Of a DNA stretch of 60,544 bases, positions 29,508-38,933 are shown one piece after another (the stretch's first letter is position 1; each line of letters starts with the position of its first letter). The translations under genes and the position numbers were made by a program. The stretch lies in NCBI GenBank assembly GCA_023622545.1, contig JAMNZA010000122.1, positions 1-60,544 on the forward strand. The letters are read 5' to 3'. Below the pieces are notes generated by a model that ran no database searches, had not been told where the DNA came from, and worked only from the letters and a program-made list of their open reading frames with translations. The stretch is from Methanobacteriota archaeon (GTDB lineage Archaea > Methanobacteriota_B > Thermococci > Methanofastidiosales > Methanofastidiosaceae).

Positions 29508-29558
29508 TTTCTTACCCCAAACATTAAAATATCCCCACTTAGAATATTTATAAGTTTA

Positions 29559-30137
29559 ATGAGGATTAATATGGACCATGAGTTTAAAAGAAAATTATTT
29601 CATGAAATAGGATTGTTAATACCAATATCCTACATATTTGTTGACAAAAAAGACGGGGTATTTGGTATGTCTATTGTAGTCCTTATCTCCGTATTTATAG
29701 AATTTATAAGATTAAGATACAATTTTGGTGGAGATTTCATTCCAAGAGTTTTAGGTAAAACACTTAGGGATTATGAGGCAATTGATTTATCTGCTGCAAC
29801 TTATTTTATTATTTCTTCTTTTTTTACTGTTCTTCTATTTGATAAATATATAGCTATGGCCGCAATAACTTATAATTCGATTGGAGATTTTTTTTCTGCT
29901 ATTGTTGGAAAAAGATATGGTAAAATAAAATATATGGGTGGAAAAAAATCTTTTGAAGGCAGTGCTGCTTGTTTTATATCTTGCTTCATAGTTGGACTTC
30001 TAATTTTTAACCCTTTGATTGCGATGATAGGAGCAATTGCGGCGACATTTGCAGAAGGCTTTCTGATTAGGATAAATGATAATCTATCAATTCCAATTCT
30101 ATCTGGGGCCGTTCTCACCCTTGTATCCTTACTTTAA
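29559..30137 (+). CDS. Dolichol/polyprenol kinase-like (CTP-dependent, CdsA superfamily) membrane protein
   Basis: 192 aa, about 6 TM. Motifs RKLFHEIG and GDFFSAIVGKRYGK. The 3' end overlaps the pheT 3' end by 23 nt. Confidence 0.6.
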   Translation: MRINMDHEFKRKLFHEIGLLIPISYIFVDKKDGVFGMSIVVLISVFIEFIRLRYNFGGDFIPRVLGKTLRDYEAIDLSAATYFIISSFFTVLLFDKYIAMAAITYNSIGDFFSAIVGKRYGKIKYMGGKKSFEGSAACFISCFIVGLLIFNPLIAMIGAIAATFAEGFLIRINDNLSIPILSGAVLTLVSLL

Positions 30138-31773
30138 GAAATTCATAAATTGTTGAGAGATCAATCTCGAATGCAGCAACTGGCATTTCTAATTTAAAGT
30201 TATACAAAACCTCCGGAGAAATTTCTCCCATTTTGCCTATGTTTATCCCATCAATTTCTATTGAGCACGATCTCCCATTGATGAAGGAAGGATAATCTTC
30301 GTCTTTAACATCAAATTTTAGTCCAAATGAAGAGAGAAATCCACTAAATACTGCTTTTATTTCGGTGAAACTTGCTTTTGGATGGCAAATTGTACAAGCA
30401 AGACTCTGGCGTTCAATTAAACTTTGATCAGGCACTATTATCCCTACTTCGAATATGTTTTGTGGATATTCATACTGTGCATTATTAACAAGTGTTTTTA
30501 ATAATAAAGGAAGGATCGAACATCTTACTGTATCAAATTCAGTATTAACAGCATTCCTAGTTTTGACAAGATTCTTTTTATTATCAAGCATTTTTTTAAT
30601 TAAAACATCTTCATTAGATAAAACATAATTTTTAACTTCAATGAAATTAAATCCAACAAGTAGTTCTTCAACTTTTCTAATGAATACTTCAATAGGATTT
30701 TCTTGACCGATAGTTGCAATTTCAGGGATTTCAGGTGTGAAATTTTCAAAACCGTAAGATATTGATATATCTTCAACTAAATCGATTGGATGTAGTATAT
30801 CTGCCCTGTAAGCAGGTATTTCAACTATAAGTTTATTTTTGGATTTTGATTTTATTCCGTACCCCATCTTCATAAGTAAATCAGCAGTTTCATTTTCATT
30901 TATCTGCAGTCCCAAAACTTTATTTGAGTAATTAATATCCAAAGCCATAGTCTCTCTATCAAGATTTGGGTAAATCCAATCTTTACCTTCATCATTTAAT
31001 TTAAAAGAGTGTATTTCACCGCCCCTAATGAAAAGCCCCATCAAAATTATATTTAATCCATATTCAATGCTTTTTTTGTGAGTGCCAGTGATGTCAATGA
31101 AAAGATTTTTTGTTGTTTCTGTTACTTTTGTATTATTTCCGTTTATTATGGGCGGCATGGAAAGAACTTCATTATTACTGTCTAGCCATATAGGGCATTC
31201 TTCAAAACCGGATAAGAGATGTGCATATGCAACTCCTTTTGGGTGAATTTTTAGTATCTCGTCAATACTAATTTTTTTATCAAATTCCAAAGGAATAAAA
31301 GAAAAATCTCGTGACATAGTTGTATACTTAATAGGAAATTTAATTTTATCCAGATCATGTACCCCTATTGCTACTTTTTTTCTATTTCTTCCATGTGTTA
31401 TATGAAGTTTTTCTTGAATTTGCATTAATGATTTTATTGTATTATCATCAAATTTAATTCCTTTAACAATTGCGCCAATTGCATATGGCCTAACTGATTT
31501 TACTTTTGAATCTACTTTCCCTTCATAATTGGATTTAATAACTTTAAAGTCTATAGGCCCTTTTGATATTCCCATGAATCCTTTTAATGCATTAGTAAAT
31601 CCTTCTATTGAAAGCATATCCGGCCTATCCGGGAACACTTCTACAATTATTTCTGGATTTACAGTTTCAAGATCTGTACCAATCATAGAAATTCTGTCAC
31701 TTAATATTTTATCATCGACAGTTTTTCCAAGTAAAGTTAAGAATTCATTTTTATCGAAATTAACAGTTGGCAT
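30115..31773 (-). CDS. pheT: Phenylalanine-tRNA ligase beta subunit
   Basis: 552 aa, the archaeal/eukaryotic-type length. 4 nt downstream of pheS. B3_4/B5-type layout. Confidence 0.9.
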   Translation of the reverse strand: MPTVNFDKNEFLTLLGKTVDDKILSDRISMIGTDLETVNPEIIVEVFPDRPDMLSIEGFTNALKGFMGISKGPIDFKVIKSNYEGKVDSKVKSVRPYAIGAIVKGIKFDDNTIKSLMQIQEKLHITHGRNRKKVAIGVHDLDKIKFPIKYTTMSRDFSFIPLEFDKKISIDEILKIHPKGVAYAHLLSGFEECPIWLDSNNEVLSMPPIINGNNTKVTETTKNLFIDITGTHKKSIEYGLNIILMGLFIRGGEIHSFKLNDEGKDWIYPNLDRETMALDINYSNKVLGLQINENETADLLMKMGYGIKSKSKNKLIVEIPAYRADILHPIDLVEDISISYGFENFTPEIPEIATIGQENPIEVFIRKVEELLVGFNFIEVKNYVLSNEDVLIKKMLDNKKNLVKTRNAVNTEFDTVRCSILPLLLKTLVNNAQYEYPQNIFEVGIIVPDQSLIERQSLACTICHPKASFTEIKAVFSGFLSSFGLKFDVKDEDYPSFINGRSCSIEIDGINIGKMGEISPEVLYNFKLEMPVAAFEIDLSTIYEFLKVRIQG

Positions 31774-31777
31774 CTAA

Positions 31778-33268
31778 TCATCCTTTTATCCAAATAGGTA
31801 ATTTTTTCATCATGTCAATATCATTTGTATATTTTTGTCTAATATCTGTCAGTCCATAATATTCCATGATAAGTCTACCGAATCCTGGGCCCCAGGCAAG
31901 AACAGGGACGTCTTTTCCTAAGAGAGGTACAACAACTTCAGGTCTGAATATTCCAGCACCTAATAGTTCTACCCATTCTCCTTTGTTTTTATTATAAATA
32001 TCTACTTCAATACTCGGTTCAGTATATGGGAAATACGCAGGCCTAAATCTTATTTTAGAATGGCCCATCTTATTAAGGAAACGTTTAAGGTACCCAAGAA
32101 GATGTTTGAAATTAGCGTCTTCATCAACTACAATCCCATCAGTTTGATAGAACTCAAATAAGTGTTTCCAATCAAGCTTTTCATTACGAAATACTTTACC
32201 AACTGAGAAAAATTTTGCAGGTAAATCATCTGGTTTTAGCGTACTCAAAGTTCTCACAGAAAGAGAAGTTGTATGGGTTCTCAAAACGTATTCTTCGCTT
32301 ATTTTTTTATCCCAATTATACCCCCAACCATTTGAATTGATATCTCCTCCATGTTCATGCATTGCAGAGATTTTTTTGGAGAGTTCAGGATCAATTCCTC
32401 CAAATCTTGGAGAGTCTATAAAAAAAGTATCCTGCATATCTCTAGCTGGATGATCTTGAGGTTGAAAGAGTGCATCAAAAACCCAGAAAGATGTATCAAT
32501 AATCGGTCCTGACATTTCTTTAAATCCCATTTCTAGCCATATTTTTCTTATATATTCAATTGCCTGGTTCACAAAATGTTTTCTTGAAGGATATAATACA
32601 TTGACATCAGCATAAATATCAAATTTTTTGAAATTAATATTTTTCCAGTTTTCACTTTTTAGTATATCAGGAGTTAACTCAGATATCTCGTCAATAATTT
32701 CTATACCTTTAGAAATCTCATCTTTACCAAGATCTGTAAGGTATACTTTTCTTAAAATATCTAATTTTTTTTCAACAAGTTTTCTCTTAATGAGGGTATT
32801 AACGATATCATTTGAGATTTCCTTACCTTCAGAAATATTTTCCAATGCAATTTCTTCAGGCGTATTCTCATTTAATGCTCTTTTACCCTTATCAGTCAAA
32901 GAAAATGAAAGTGAATTATTTAATTTTTCTATATTAATCCAACCATTCTTTTTGGACATTCCAATTGCAATATTTTTTTCTTCTTCCGAGATACCAATTT
33001 GATTTAAAGGAATTCTATTATGTATGCCCCTAATAAAAATTTTCTCTATCAAGCCATTATCTAAACTATTTTTACCTTCATTTGTTAAAATCAAATGATA
33101 AACATCTTTCTCCTCAACTTTGACTAAATTTTTGCTTGATAGGTAAAGTAAAGTCCTCATTACCGCAACTTCAGGTAATTCAGATATTTTTGCAATTTCA
33201 CTAGGTGTAGATTCTCCATCTAGTTCTCCCAATGATTTTAGAATAACTTTTTCTTGCCTTGAAAGCAT
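31778..33268 (-). CDS. pheS: Phenylalanine-tRNA ligase alpha subunit
   Basis: 496 aa from the ATG at 33268; the track start at 33379 overlaps the upstream gene. Motifs HPARDMQDTFF and FRPAYFPYTEPS. Confidence 0.92.
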   Translation of the reverse strand: MLSRQEKVILKSLGELDGESTPSEIAKISELPEVAVMRTLLYLSSKNLVKVEEKDVYHLILTNEGKNSLDNGLIEKIFIRGIHNRIPLNQIGISEEEKNIAIGMSKKNGWINIEKLNNSLSFSLTDKGKRALNENTPEEIALENISEGKEISNDIVNTLIKRKLVEKKLDILRKVYLTDLGKDEISKGIEIIDEISELTPDILKSENWKNINFKKFDIYADVNVLYPSRKHFVNQAIEYIRKIWLEMGFKEMSGPIIDTSFWVFDALFQPQDHPARDMQDTFFIDSPRFGGIDPELSKKISAMHEHGGDINSNGWGYNWDKKISEEYVLRTHTTSLSVRTLSTLKPDDLPAKFFSVGKVFRNEKLDWKHLFEFYQTDGIVVDEDANFKHLLGYLKRFLNKMGHSKIRFRPAYFPYTEPSIEVDIYNKNKGEWVELLGAGIFRPEVVVPLLGKDVPVLAWGPGFGRLIMEYYGLTDIRQKYTNDIDMMKKLPIWIKG

Positions 33269-33272
33269 ATAT

Positions 33273-33782
33273 TCACTTCTTAGTTTTCTTAAATTCAATA
33301 ATGCATGGCCCGCCTTCTTTAAATTGGGGTTTGTATTCCCATTTTTTTGATTCGCCGGATTTTGACATTTCCATTGCACCCAGTACTGACATTGCCCTAA
33401 GACATGCTAATTTTTCTACTTTATCTTCTTTAACTAACATGTTACAGTGTTCATTATAAGGACACTTAAATACGGTGTAAACAAAATTCTCAGAATCCCC
33501 TTCAATTTTGTGATCTTTAATATCCATGAACCCAGTCTTTGAAACTTCCTCTACATACATTTTTGCGGCATCAAATCCTTCAAGATCATATTTAAACTCA
33601 GCCCCCAATTCTTTCCATTTTGCTATAAAAGGCCTAATTGAAATAATAATCCATTGTCTATAGAATGCTTCAGGTTTTCCAAAAAAACTATTTGCTGTTT
33701 TTTCTATCCCATATACCCATGCGTTCATAACACTCATTACGGAATCTATTTTCTTTTCCTGTTCTTTGCATTCTTCGTTCAC
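33273..33782 (-). CDS. Hypothetical Cys-containing protein, possibly V4R-like, co-oriented 4 nt upstream of pheS
   Basis: 169 aa. FKCPYNEHC...KLACLRAMSVLGAMEM loosely resembles V4R ligand-binding domains. No confident family assignment. Confidence 0.3.
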   Translation of the reverse strand: MNEECKEQEKKIDSVMSVMNAWVYGIEKTANSFFGKPEAFYRQWIIISIRPFIAKWKELGAEFKYDLEGFDAAKMYVEEVSKTGFMDIKDHKIEGDSENFVYTVFKCPYNEHCNMLVKEDKVEKLACLRAMSVLGAMEMSKSGESKKWEYKPQFKEGGPCIIEFKKTKK

Positions 33783-33911
33783 CTAAAATCACCTTCTAAT
33801 CTGCATAAGGGATGAATAAATGTTTATAAATCTTTTCTAAATTATTATATTAAATAGTCATGCACAGGAAAGTTTAAAAAAAACCATTAGATTGGATATA
33901 TAGTTGATTTT

Positions 33912-34517
33912 ATGATAGGAAGAAATACTCACATGGTTCAATGCAGAATGGGCGGAGGTATGGGACTCGGGGGTGGATTAGCTCAAAGAGGAACCTTTGC
34001 AGATGCAGGTAGAGATATAATAGCAATAGCCATGAGCCCAGGGAGAAGACATATTACAAAACCGATATGTGAGATTACATATGCTATGAGAGAAGCAGGT
34101 ATAAAGACAAGTGTTATGGTTTTAAATGCTGGAAATGGTGTGCCACCGGAAGCGCCATCCTCAGGAGTTAGTGTTTTATTTGGACTTGAAGAAAAAGAAA
34201 TTGAGATAATAAACGATTTTAAATTAGGCATAATACATTTAGGTAATATAAGAACCCATATTATTTACAAGGCCAAGTTTATTCTAGATCTTGCGCCATT
34301 AGACGCTATAATAGCATGCCAAGCTCCAATAACTTTTGAAGATTTAGAAAAAATAGGCGTAAAGACAATAAAAAATGAAAATGGGACTACAAAAGGTAGA
34401 GTAGTAGATATTATAAGTGGCATAATAAGGGGTCAAAGCTGCCCTCAAGAAAAACTTGATGAAATTATTTCTAAAGTAAAAAAGAACATACAACATGATA
34501 GCAATAGTATTCGATAA
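33912..34517 (+). CDS. mcrC: MCR operon protein C, unlinked from mcrBDGA
   Basis: 201 aa. MIGRNTHMVQCRMGGGMGLGGGLAQRGTF...AIAMSPGRRHITKPICEITYAMREAGI matches the conserved McrC N-terminal block. Confidence 0.85.
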   Translation: MIGRNTHMVQCRMGGGMGLGGGLAQRGTFADAGRDIIAIAMSPGRRHITKPICEITYAMREAGIKTSVMVLNAGNGVPPEAPSSGVSVLFGLEEKEIEIINDFKLGIIHLGNIRTHIIYKAKFILDLAPLDAIIACQAPITFEDLEKIGVKTIKNENGTTKGRVVDIISGIIRGQSCPQEKLDEIISKVKKNIQHDSNSIR

Positions 34518-35295
34518 ATCTGGAACTCTTATTGATACCAATAGAGTATCAAAAGATTTAGAAAAAAATGAATTTCATTTTTACAAATCATGTATAGAGA
34601 TAATTGAAACTAATCCACATCTTTTTTTAGTTACAATATCTACAGATCCCCGATATACTTTTTTGTTAGAAGATCCAAACAAAAGTTTAGCCCAATCAAT
34701 TAAAGATTTGAAGATTGGATATGAAGTAGTATTTAAAGGTCCAAAAGCTATAATTGATAAAAAGAATATTCTAAATTGGGCCGAAAAAGTTACTATTAAA
34801 GAAGTTAATGACACCTTAAAGAAATTAAAAAAACAATTTGATGTATGTACTCTTGTTGGATGCGGTTTTGTAGGAGATTCGGAAAAAGAAAAAATAACAC
34901 ATCTTGTTTCTTCTTCAGGTAAAATAAAGGCTGGCGTATTTGAATTATTTGATTTTCTAGATTCTGAAGGAATGGATATCTACTTAGCAACTGGAGATAA
35001 TCCATGTTCAGTTTATCCACTAGCAAAAAGATTAGGCCTACATGAAAATTTTGTTTTCCCACAAGTAGACCCCGAGGGTAAAAGAAAGATAATTTCTAAT
35101 TTAAAAAAAATCTATGAACAGGTAATCATGGTAGGGGATGACATAAACGACAAAGGTGCTTTCGAAGAAGCAGACTTAAGTTTCTTAATACTAGAAATCG
35201 AAGCAGAAAGAAAAAATGAATTAAAAAATATTGTTAATTATACAGTGAGTGAACCGCTCGAGATAAAAAACATATTAGAGAATTTTAAGATTTAG
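34495..35295 (+). CDS. HAD-superfamily soluble P-type-ATPase-like phosphatase
   Basis: 266 aa, no TM. FDKSGTL (compare the P-type DKTGTL), GDNP, GDDINDKGAFEEAD. Start overlaps the mcrC 3' end by 23 nt. Confidence 0.7.
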   Translation: MIAIVFDKSGTLIDTNRVSKDLEKNEFHFYKSCIEIIETNPHLFLVTISTDPRYTFLLEDPNKSLAQSIKDLKIGYEVVFKGPKAIIDKKNILNWAEKVTIKEVNDTLKKLKKQFDVCTLVGCGFVGDSEKEKITHLVSSSGKIKAGVFELFDFLDSEGMDIYLATGDNPCSVYPLAKRLGLHENFVFPQVDPEGKRKIISNLKKIYEQVIMVGDDINDKGAFEEADLSFLILEIEAERKNELKNIVNYTVSEPLEIKNILENFKI

Positions 35296-36290
35296 AAGTA
35301 CTTGTCCAGAGTATTCTGTTTTAAAGTGTTTTCTAATGCAAACTCCATTCTCTCAATTCCTTTCTCAACCCTTAGTTCAGAAAAATCATATTTATCGCAC
35401 AATAATTTAATTATTTTATCTTTAATTGGTTTCTGGAAAGAAATTTTGTATTTATCTGTTATTTCTGGATTCAAAAAAAGTTCTGAAATTTCTTGAAACT
35501 CTCCATATTCTTTAAATTTACCTGATTTCACAATATCTATGGCTTTTTTTGGACCAATTCCTTTTATTCCCCCAGGATTATAGTCAGTTCCAATTAGTAT
35601 TGCAACTTGAATTATTTCTTCTCTTGATAATTGAAGATTATTCAGAACATCTTTAGATTGTATTATCTCTGGCACAACATCAACGAATAAATCCTTTCCT
35701 GGTATTTTTCTTTTACCTGTTATTGTAAGATTTCTTACTAAAGTTGGTGCGCCAAATAAAATTGAATCGTAGTCTTGCGATGCAGATAGATCAGCGTCAC
35801 CTCTTAAAGCAATGTATGCTGCTTGGGCCTCTCCTTCAGAAGGGGCTTCTATAAAAGGTATACCCATTGAATTCAAAAGATCCTTAGAACTATCTATCAT
35901 GCCCAATTTCAAGGAAGAAGTCATTTGAGAGTATTTTTTGGCCTCTACAAAATCGCCTCTAGCCTTAGCATCGATATACTTTTCTCTTGCTTCTTCTTTG
36001 ATTTCTTTTCTTTTTTCGATTGTTTGGAATTTTAATTCAGGAGGTTTACCATCAAATACATATATTGGCCTAATACCTTGTTCAATTAAATTTACAGTTC
36101 TGTAAAAAAGACCAGATAAATGAGAAGAGACCTCGCCTCTAGAGTTTTTTAGTGGGGTTCCATCTCTCTGTCTTATTATTGACAAAAATTGGTATAGAGC
36201 ATTATAAGCATCTATAGCTACTCTTTTACCTTTAAGATCAGAAATTTCAATTCTTTGCTTAGGAACTATTTCACCTAAGTTCACACCCAT
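35292..36290 (-). CDS. fen: Flap endonuclease 1
   Basis: 332 aa. Motifs: MGVNLGEIV, AIDAYNALYQFL, GTDYNPGGIKGIGPKKA. Confidence 0.93.
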   Translation of the reverse strand: MGVNLGEIVPKQRIEISDLKGKRVAIDAYNALYQFLSIIRQRDGTPLKNSRGEVSSHLSGLFYRTVNLIEQGIRPIYVFDGKPPELKFQTIEKRKEIKEEAREKYIDAKARGDFVEAKKYSQMTSSLKLGMIDSSKDLLNSMGIPFIEAPSEGEAQAAYIALRGDADLSASQDYDSILFGAPTLVRNLTITGKRKIPGKDLFVDVVPEIIQSKDVLNNLQLSREEIIQVAILIGTDYNPGGIKGIGPKKAIDIVKSGKFKEYGEFQEISELFLNPEITDKYKISFQKPIKDKIIKLLCDKYDFSELRVEKGIERMEFALENTLKQNTLDKYF

Positions 36291-36294
36291 AAGG

Positions 36295-36471
36295 CTAATC
36301 CCTTATAACTGTTATTGGTATGACGCCATTTTTCATTTCTTCTTGAGCTATTCTGATAGGATCTATATTAGATGTCTCAATTAATATAGGTGCCCCAAGA
36401 GAGATTTGAAGGGCTCTTGCCCCAATAATTCTTACTTTTTCGTATTTTGTGTAATTCAACGACTCCACCAT
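36295..36471 (-). CDS. rpoK: DNA-directed RNA polymerase subunit K (Rpo6)
   Basis: Not in the ORF track (58 aa). My translation is [77 protein letters not shown] and GVIPITVIR are RpoK hallmarks. The stop lies 4 nt before the fen start. Confidence 0.9.
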   Translation of the reverse strand: MVESLNYTKYEKVRIIGARALQISLGAPILIETSNIDPIRIAQEEMKNGVIPITVIRD

Positions 36472-36547
36472 TCATGCATGATGATAAAGGGATTATAAAT
36501 TTTATTGTTATAAATAAAATTGGAGCAGATTTTTCTAAAAGAAAAGT

Positions 36548-36958
36548 TTATTCCCCTATAGTACTTTCGCCTTTTTTTATCTTTTCAATGATATTGTTGA
36601 ATAGTTTAATGAACTTTTCCCTATCCTCTGCATTGTAGGTTTGCATTATACTAATATGTATAGCTAGAACTTTTTCTAATACTTGTATGTGCTCATCAGC
36701 AGTTTTTATTGATTCAATTAAGTCTCTAGTTTTACGAAGAAGAACATGCTGTGCATATGAGAGTTTTGTTGCAACAAAGTATACCTTTGCCATACCAATT
36801 CTTCTGTAATCCACCAAACCAATAGCCCTCATTATTTCAAGATATTTAACAGCGGTGGCCCTAGACATATTTAGATTATCTGCAATCTCTGAAGGAGTAG
36901 CACCTATTTTCACACCCTTAAGATATTCTATAATGGCCTCTTCGGCATTTTCTTCCAT
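36548..36958 (-). CDS. Winged-helix transcriptional regulator
   Basis: 136 aa. TPSEIADNLNMSRATAVKYLEIMRAIGLV HTH, followed by a helical C-terminal domain. Confidence 0.6.
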   Translation of the reverse strand: MEENAEEAIIEYLKGVKIGATPSEIADNLNMSRATAVKYLEIMRAIGLVDYRRIGMAKVYFVATKLSYAQHVLLRKTRDLIESIKTADEHIQVLEKVLAIHISIMQTYNAEDREKFIKLFNNIIEKIKKGESTIGE

Positions 36959-37322
36959 TGATGCTCACCATCATTATCTCTAACGTTAATATATATAAAT
37001 GTTACTACTATCACTATTCAAAAAATCCCTTTTTATTTAAATCAATAATAAAAAAATACTTTCTCATTGAATTTCATTTCTTATAGTAATGACAAGATTA
37101 TTTTTATTTGTAGACTTCATTTATTATGAAAGAGTTTCAAGAAATAGTATAATAGTTAATAAATATATCTTGATGTTAAACATAATAATAGACATTGAAG
37201 TTCAACCATATTGAATTAAATATTAAAATTCATTATTTCTAATAATAATTAAATTATTATAATGCAATAAGTAGAAAGATTTATATATTATTGATTTACA
37301 ATATTAACTAATAGTGGTAAAA

Positions 37323-37433
37323 ATGAAGAAAAAATCAAAATCAATCGTGTCAATAGCATTGATGATTCCTCTGGTGGTATTGGATATATTATTTAATGGA
37401 CAAAAGTCAAAATCATCAAAAGTAGTTTTCTAA
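37323..37433 (+). CDS. Possible 36-aa membrane micro-protein
   Basis: My translation is MKKKSKSIVSIALMIPLVVLDILFNGQKSKSSKVVF: a basic N-terminus, one hydrophobic helix, a basic tail. No clear RBS. The stop overlaps the convergent UPF0179 stop. Confidence 0.2.
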   Translation: MKKKSKSIVSIALMIPLVVLDILFNGQKSKSSKVVF

Positions 37434-37858
37434 TCTTTAATTTTTATAATTACCCTTACCATATGATTTCCTATTGGGCAATCTATTTTCTCTTTAATCG
37501 ATAAAATATTATATTTATCCCCTATTTTAATCCCATCTGGAATACAAAAATCATGATGTGGACAGGATTCATTACAAGAAAATGAAAATATTCCAGTTGA
37601 TCCTTCTATCGCATATTTTTTTGGAATTGCTGCGTCTATAGATGATTCTGTCACTTCAACTATTTTAACACCTGAATCGTGAATAGGGCATTGATGTTCG
37701 ATACTTCTTACAGAAGATACTGTATATATCCTACCAACTTTAAGATTTTCAACACAGGTTTTATAGAATCTGCATTCTTTGCATTCTTTATCTCCTTTAC
37801 CTGCTACAAAAGTAAATCCTGATTTAGCAAGATTTTTTGGGAGAAGAGTAAGAATCAA
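37430..37858 (-). CDS. UPF0179-family Cys-rich protein
   Basis: 142 aa. AKSGFTFVAG...ECKECRFYKTC...GRIY.V..VR...H.CPIH.SGV..VEV matches my recollection of UPF0179 (MTH_609-like) proteins. Confidence 0.8.
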   Translation of the reverse strand: MILTLLPKNLAKSGFTFVAGKGDKECKECRFYKTCVENLKVGRIYTVSSVRSIEHQCPIHDSGVKIVEVTESSIDAAIPKKYAIEGSTGIFSFSCNESCPHHDFCIPDGIKIGDKYNILSIKEKIDCPIGNHMVRVIIKIKD

Positions 37859-38895
37859 TCTATTACCCCTGTAACTTTTGCAAGCTTAGTTGCAGCCATT
37901 TCTGTTAGGCCACTTTCACCAAGTATAGTGTATCTATCCCTGATCTTATGTGCGATTGTGAGTGCATTTATTATTTCTTTGTCAGAAACTCCCAGTTCTT
38001 CTGCTGTTGTTGGGGCTTTAATCTTTTCAAGTGCTTCTTTTATGGTCTTATATTTGTCTTCTCTATGTAAATACATAGTCATTATAGACCCAACACCGCA
38101 CTGTTCGCCATGCATTGCTGGTTTTTCGGCAATCATGTCAAGAGCATGAGAAAATGCGTGTTCTGCGCCTGAAGCAGGCCTAGAAGATCCTGCAATGCTC
38201 ATCGCGACACCAGAAGATATAAGGCCTTTAAGGACCTTCCTAGCAGATTCCTCTAAACCTTCTTTTATTACGTCTGCGTTATCGATAGTAACTTTTGCAC
38301 TCATTGAGGATAATGAAGCCGCATGTTCACTATAATATTCACCTTTCAATTTATGAGCTAATTGCCAATCGAGTACGGCAGTGTAGTTAGATATAAGATC
38401 TGCACAACCTGAGGCTATGAATCTATAAGGGGCTTGAGAAACTATTTTAGTATCAGCAATTATAGCTATTGGCGGATGTGCTTCTACGGATAATTTTTTT
38501 TCCCCATCACGGATGGAAGCTCTTGAAGATGCAATACCATCGTGGGATGCAACTGTTGGATAACTAATAAATGGAACAGAAACATTAAAAGCCGCTAATT
38601 TTCCAACGTCTATTACGGATCCCCCACCAATAGAAACAACAATATCATATTTTTCTTTTTTGATGATGTCTCCAACTGAGTTAACTTGGTCCATAGTTGG
38701 ACTTGTGATTTCAAAATGATCACAATTTAGATCGTCCGTAACTTTTTTCCCAACAATGCCCCTAGTTACTTTATCATCGAGAACTATTGGATTTTTATAT
38801 CCTAATTTTTCAATTGTAGGTTTAACTGAGCCCCATAGGTCTGAACCCATTACAACCATTCTTGATAAATTAATAATATGAATAGGATTATCCAT
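37855..38895 (-). CDS. egsA: sn-Glycerol-1-phosphate dehydrogenase
   Basis: 346 aa. Iron-ADH-like fold with GGGSVIDVGK, SHDGIAS and H..SH metal ligands (AEHAFSHALD). Confidence 0.85.
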   Translation of the reverse strand: MDNPIHIINLSRMVVMGSDLWGSVKPTIEKLGYKNPIVLDDKVTRGIVGKKVTDDLNCDHFEITSPTMDQVNSVGDIIKKEKYDIVVSIGGGSVIDVGKLAAFNVSVPFISYPTVASHDGIASSRASIRDGEKKLSVEAHPPIAIIADTKIVSQAPYRFIASGCADLISNYTAVLDWQLAHKLKGEYYSEHAASLSSMSAKVTIDNADVIKEGLEESARKVLKGLISSGVAMSIAGSSRPASGAEHAFSHALDMIAEKPAMHGEQCGVGSIMTMYLHREDKYKTIKEALEKIKAPTTAEELGVSDKEIINALTIAHKIRDRYTILGESGLTEMAATKLAKVTGVID

Positions 38896-38933
38896 AAAAA
38901 CTAGTGTTAAATAGTCTTAATAAATCTTTTGAA

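Noticed and set aside
33269-33379. N-terminal extension of pheS (MQWKCQNPANQ...)
   Set aside because: It overlaps the 3' end of the upstream 169-aa gene. The internal ATG at 33268 gives a normal PheS N-terminus 4 nt after that gene's stop. The same logic was applied to the cam extension at 42429-42548, which overlaps hypD.
36476-36545. C-box-like ATGATGA in the spacer upstream of rpoK as a C/D box sRNA
   Set aside because: There is no D box (CTGA) at an appropriate distance and no terminal stem. It probably belongs to the rpoK promoter/leader.
36959-37322. Replication origin in the long AT-rich gap
   Set aside because: No orc1/cdc6 gene is adjacent, and I could not find repeated ORB/mini-ORB-like elements. 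AT-richness alone is uninformative in this genome.
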